Assembly: GCA_002788395.1 (NCBI GenBank)
Contig: PFRF01000043.1
Span: 1-47,235, forward strand
Direction: 5' to 3'
DNA from: Candidatus Levybacteria bacterium CG_4_9_14_0_2_um_filter_35_21
Lineage (GTDB): Bacteria > Patescibacteriota > Microgenomatia > Levybacterales > UBA12049
Length of the DNA stretch: 47,235 nucleotides
The stretch's first letter is position 1, and every line of letters starts with the position of its first letter. The notes beneath the pieces were generated by a model, which saw nothing but the letters and a program-made list of their open reading frames with translations, was not told where the DNA came from and ran no database searches. Positions 45,283 through 47,235 of the stretch are shown piece by piece. The position numbers were made by a program, and so were the translations under genes.

Positions 45283-46720
45283 TATTGCGGCAGTAACAAA
45301 AAGGTCTATTAATGGAGTTTTTGCACTTGTATCGAGAACATTTGTAATTCAGTTAATAACTTTTGTAACAAATTTTCTTTTAACGGTTTTTCTTTCTCCA
45401 ACAGTTTTTGGAGTGTATTTTGTTGTTTCGGCAGCAATTGCATTTTTAGGATACTTTTCCGACATCGGTCTTGCCGCTGCGCTTATTCAAAAAAAAGAAC
45501 AGATTACGGACCAGGAGCTAAGAACAACATTTACAATTCAACAGATATTGGTGGTAACAATAGTAATAATTGCTTTGCTTCTTTCAAATTTTATCGGATT
45601 ATTTTATAACTTAAACAAAGCAGGAATTTATTTATTTGATGCTTTAGCGATTGCTTTTTTCTTATCCTCACTAAAAACAATTCCCTCGATTATCTTAGAA
45701 AGGAATCTTCATTTTCATAAATTGATAATTCCACAAATTGTTGAAACCATTTTTTTTAGCGTAACAGTAGTTGTTTTGGCGGTTAACGGGTATGGAGTTA
45801 CAAGTTTTACTATCGCAGTTTTAGCAAGAGGGATATCGGGTTTTATTGCAATGTATATTGTTGCACCGTGGAAAATAGGTTTTGGATTTTCAAGAGAAAT
45901 TGCTTCAAAATTACTGTCCTTTGGAGTTCCTTTTCAATTAAATAGTCTTCTTGCTTTGGCAAAAGATGATTTATTGGTTATATATTTAGGAAAAGTCTTA
46001 CCTCTTGCTCAAGTTGGCTACATTGGATTTGCACAGAAGTGGGCATTTACACCTTTAAGGTTAATTATGGATAATATCATTAGAATTACTTTTCCTTCTT
46101 TTTCAAGGCTTCAGCATGAAAAAGATGTTTTATCCAAAGCGCTGGAAAAATCTATTTTTGCCGCTACTTTCTTCATTTTTCCATGCCTGATGGGATTGGT
46201 AATGCTTGCTCCATATTTTATAAATATTATTCCCAAGTATTCTAAATGGGAACCGGCGATACTTGCTTTATCATTTTTTTCTTTAAATGCAGCGCTTTCT
46301 TCTATATCAACACCACTTACAAATGCCCTGAACGCTATTGGTAAAATAAAAATAACACTTTATCTTATGATTTTTTGGACTCTGGCAACATGGATAATAA
46401 CTCCATTTGCAATTTTGGTATATGGTTTTAATGGGGTTGCAATTGCATCCGGAATAATTTCATTTTCCATAATAATAGTTATTTATCTGGTAAAAAGATA
46501 TATAAAATTCAATATTTTTGTTATTGGTTATCCTCTACTGGCGACACTTATTATGGGGTTGTTTCTGTATTTAATTAATCCAATTGTAATTAAAAACCTT
46601 TGGACGATTCTATTTATGGTTATTCTAGGAGCTGTGATATACTTTTTATCAATATTTATATTTGCTAAAAAAGAGTTGATTGCTAACTTAAAAATTATTA
46701 GAGAGAATTTAAATAAATAA
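45269..46720 (+). CDS. MOP-superfamily polysaccharide/oligosaccharide flippase (Wzx-like)
   Basis: 483 aa, about 12-14 TM. N-terminal pattern SINGVFALVSRTFVIQLITFVTNFLL and GLAAALIQKKE is typical of Polysacc_synt proteins. Confidence 0.75.
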   Translation: MEELNIAAVTKRSINGVFALVSRTFVIQLITFVTNFLLTVFLSPTVFGVYFVVSAAIAFLGYFSDIGLAAALIQKKEQITDQELRTTFTIQQILVVTIVIIALLLSNFIGLFYNLNKAGIYLFDALAIAFFLSSLKTIPSIILERNLHFHKLIIPQIVETIFFSVTVVVLAVNGYGVTSFTIAVLARGISGFIAMYIVAPWKIGFGFSREIASKLLSFGVPFQLNSLLALAKDDLLVIYLGKVLPLAQVGYIGFAQKWAFTPLRLIMDNIIRITFPSFSRLQHEKDVLSKALEKSIFAATFFIFPCLMGLVMLAPYFINIIPKYSKWEPAILALSFFSLNAALSSISTPLTNALNAIGKIKITLYLMIFWTLATWIITPFAILVYGFNGVAIASGIISFSIIIVIYLVKRYIKFNIFVIGYPLLATLIMGLFLYLINPIVIKNLWTILFMVILGAVIYFLSIFIFAKKELIANLKIIRENLNK

Positions 46721-47235
46721 TGAAAATTTCTGTTGTAATTTCTGTATATAATGAAGAAAAAATAATTGAGGATTGTCTTAGGTCGGTAAAATTTGCCGAT
46801 GAAATTATTTTCCTGGATAATTCATCAACAGACGAAACCGTAAAAATTGCCGAAAGATATACAAGTAAAATTTTTAAGCAAAATAATGACCTTTATTCTA
46901 TAGATTTACAAAAGAATGTCGGATTTGAAAAGGCAAAGAACGAATGGATATTAAGTATAGACGCAGACGAACGCGTTTCCTCCGAATTAAGAGAAGAAAT
47001 AGAACAAATTCCAGATAAGCCATTAGCCACTAGTAGTCAGTCATCAGTAGATGTTGATGGTTATTGGATTCCAAGAAAAAATATTATTTTTGGCAAGTGG
47101 ATACAACATACAGGATGGTATCCCGATCTTCAACTAAGATTATTTAGAAAAGGTAAAGGAAAATTTTCTGATAAATATGTCCATGCCCCTCTTAAATTAC
47201 AAGGAGAGGCAGTGCAGCTTAAAGAACATATAATT
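46720..47235 (+). CDS. GT2 glycosyltransferase, 3' end cut by window edge
   Basis: MKISVVISVYNEEKII, IIFLDNSSTDET and SIDADERV. The ATG overlaps the preceding TAA by 1 nt. Confidence 0.8.
   Translation, partial: MKISVVISVYNEEKIIEDCLRSVKFADEIIFLDNSSTDETVKIAERYTSKIFKQNNDLYSIDLQKNVGFEKAKNEWILSIDADERVSSELREEIEQIPDKPLATSSQSSVDVDGYWIPRKNIIFGKWIQHTGWYPDLQLRLFRKGKGKFSDKYVHAPLKLQGEAVQLKEHII

Overview
This is an AT-rich bacterial chromosome segment of 47,235 nt. The compact housekeeping enzymes, the many polytopic envelope proteins and the very short leaders suggest a small-genome Patescibacteria/CPR-type organism, but that assignment is inference only. No GC statistics or database searches were run.

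Gene content:
- Housekeeping genes: secDF, yqeY, metK, cca, recJ, aspS, gltX, lon, tRNA-Gln(CUG) and tRNA-Glu(CUC).
- Glycosylation locus 1 (1-7646): an operon for UDP-GlcA/UDP-xylose and GDP-D-rhamnose synthesis, ending in a fused GT2-GtrA gene and a GT-C transferase.
- Glycosylation locus 2 (34.8-47.2 kb): three GT2 genes, five polytopic membrane proteins (two clearly GT-C-like, three GT-C candidates) and a Wzx-like flippase.

Main observations:
- Four decaying or disrupted genes: an ABC ATPase with an A7 frameshift plus an in-frame TAG, a nitronate-monooxygenase-like gene with two homopolymer frameshifts, an unidentified gene with at least four lesions lying between two paralogous membrane-protein genes, and a Cys-less, N-terminally truncated radical-SAM remnant.
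- An orphan tRNA 3' fragment directly after tRNA-Gln.
- An unlisted 47-aa zinc-ribbon ORF (DUF5679-like).
- GC-rich REP-like hairpins, and a GC-rich 21-mer shared between the secF 3' flank and an insertion inside recJ.
- A recurring promoter geometry that predicts leaderless mRNAs.
- A CIRCE-like operator in front of lon.

No CRISPR array, transposase, integrase or recognisable defence system was seen. The candidate for a poorly described system is the multi-GT-C polyprenyl-phosphate-sugar glycosylation machinery.
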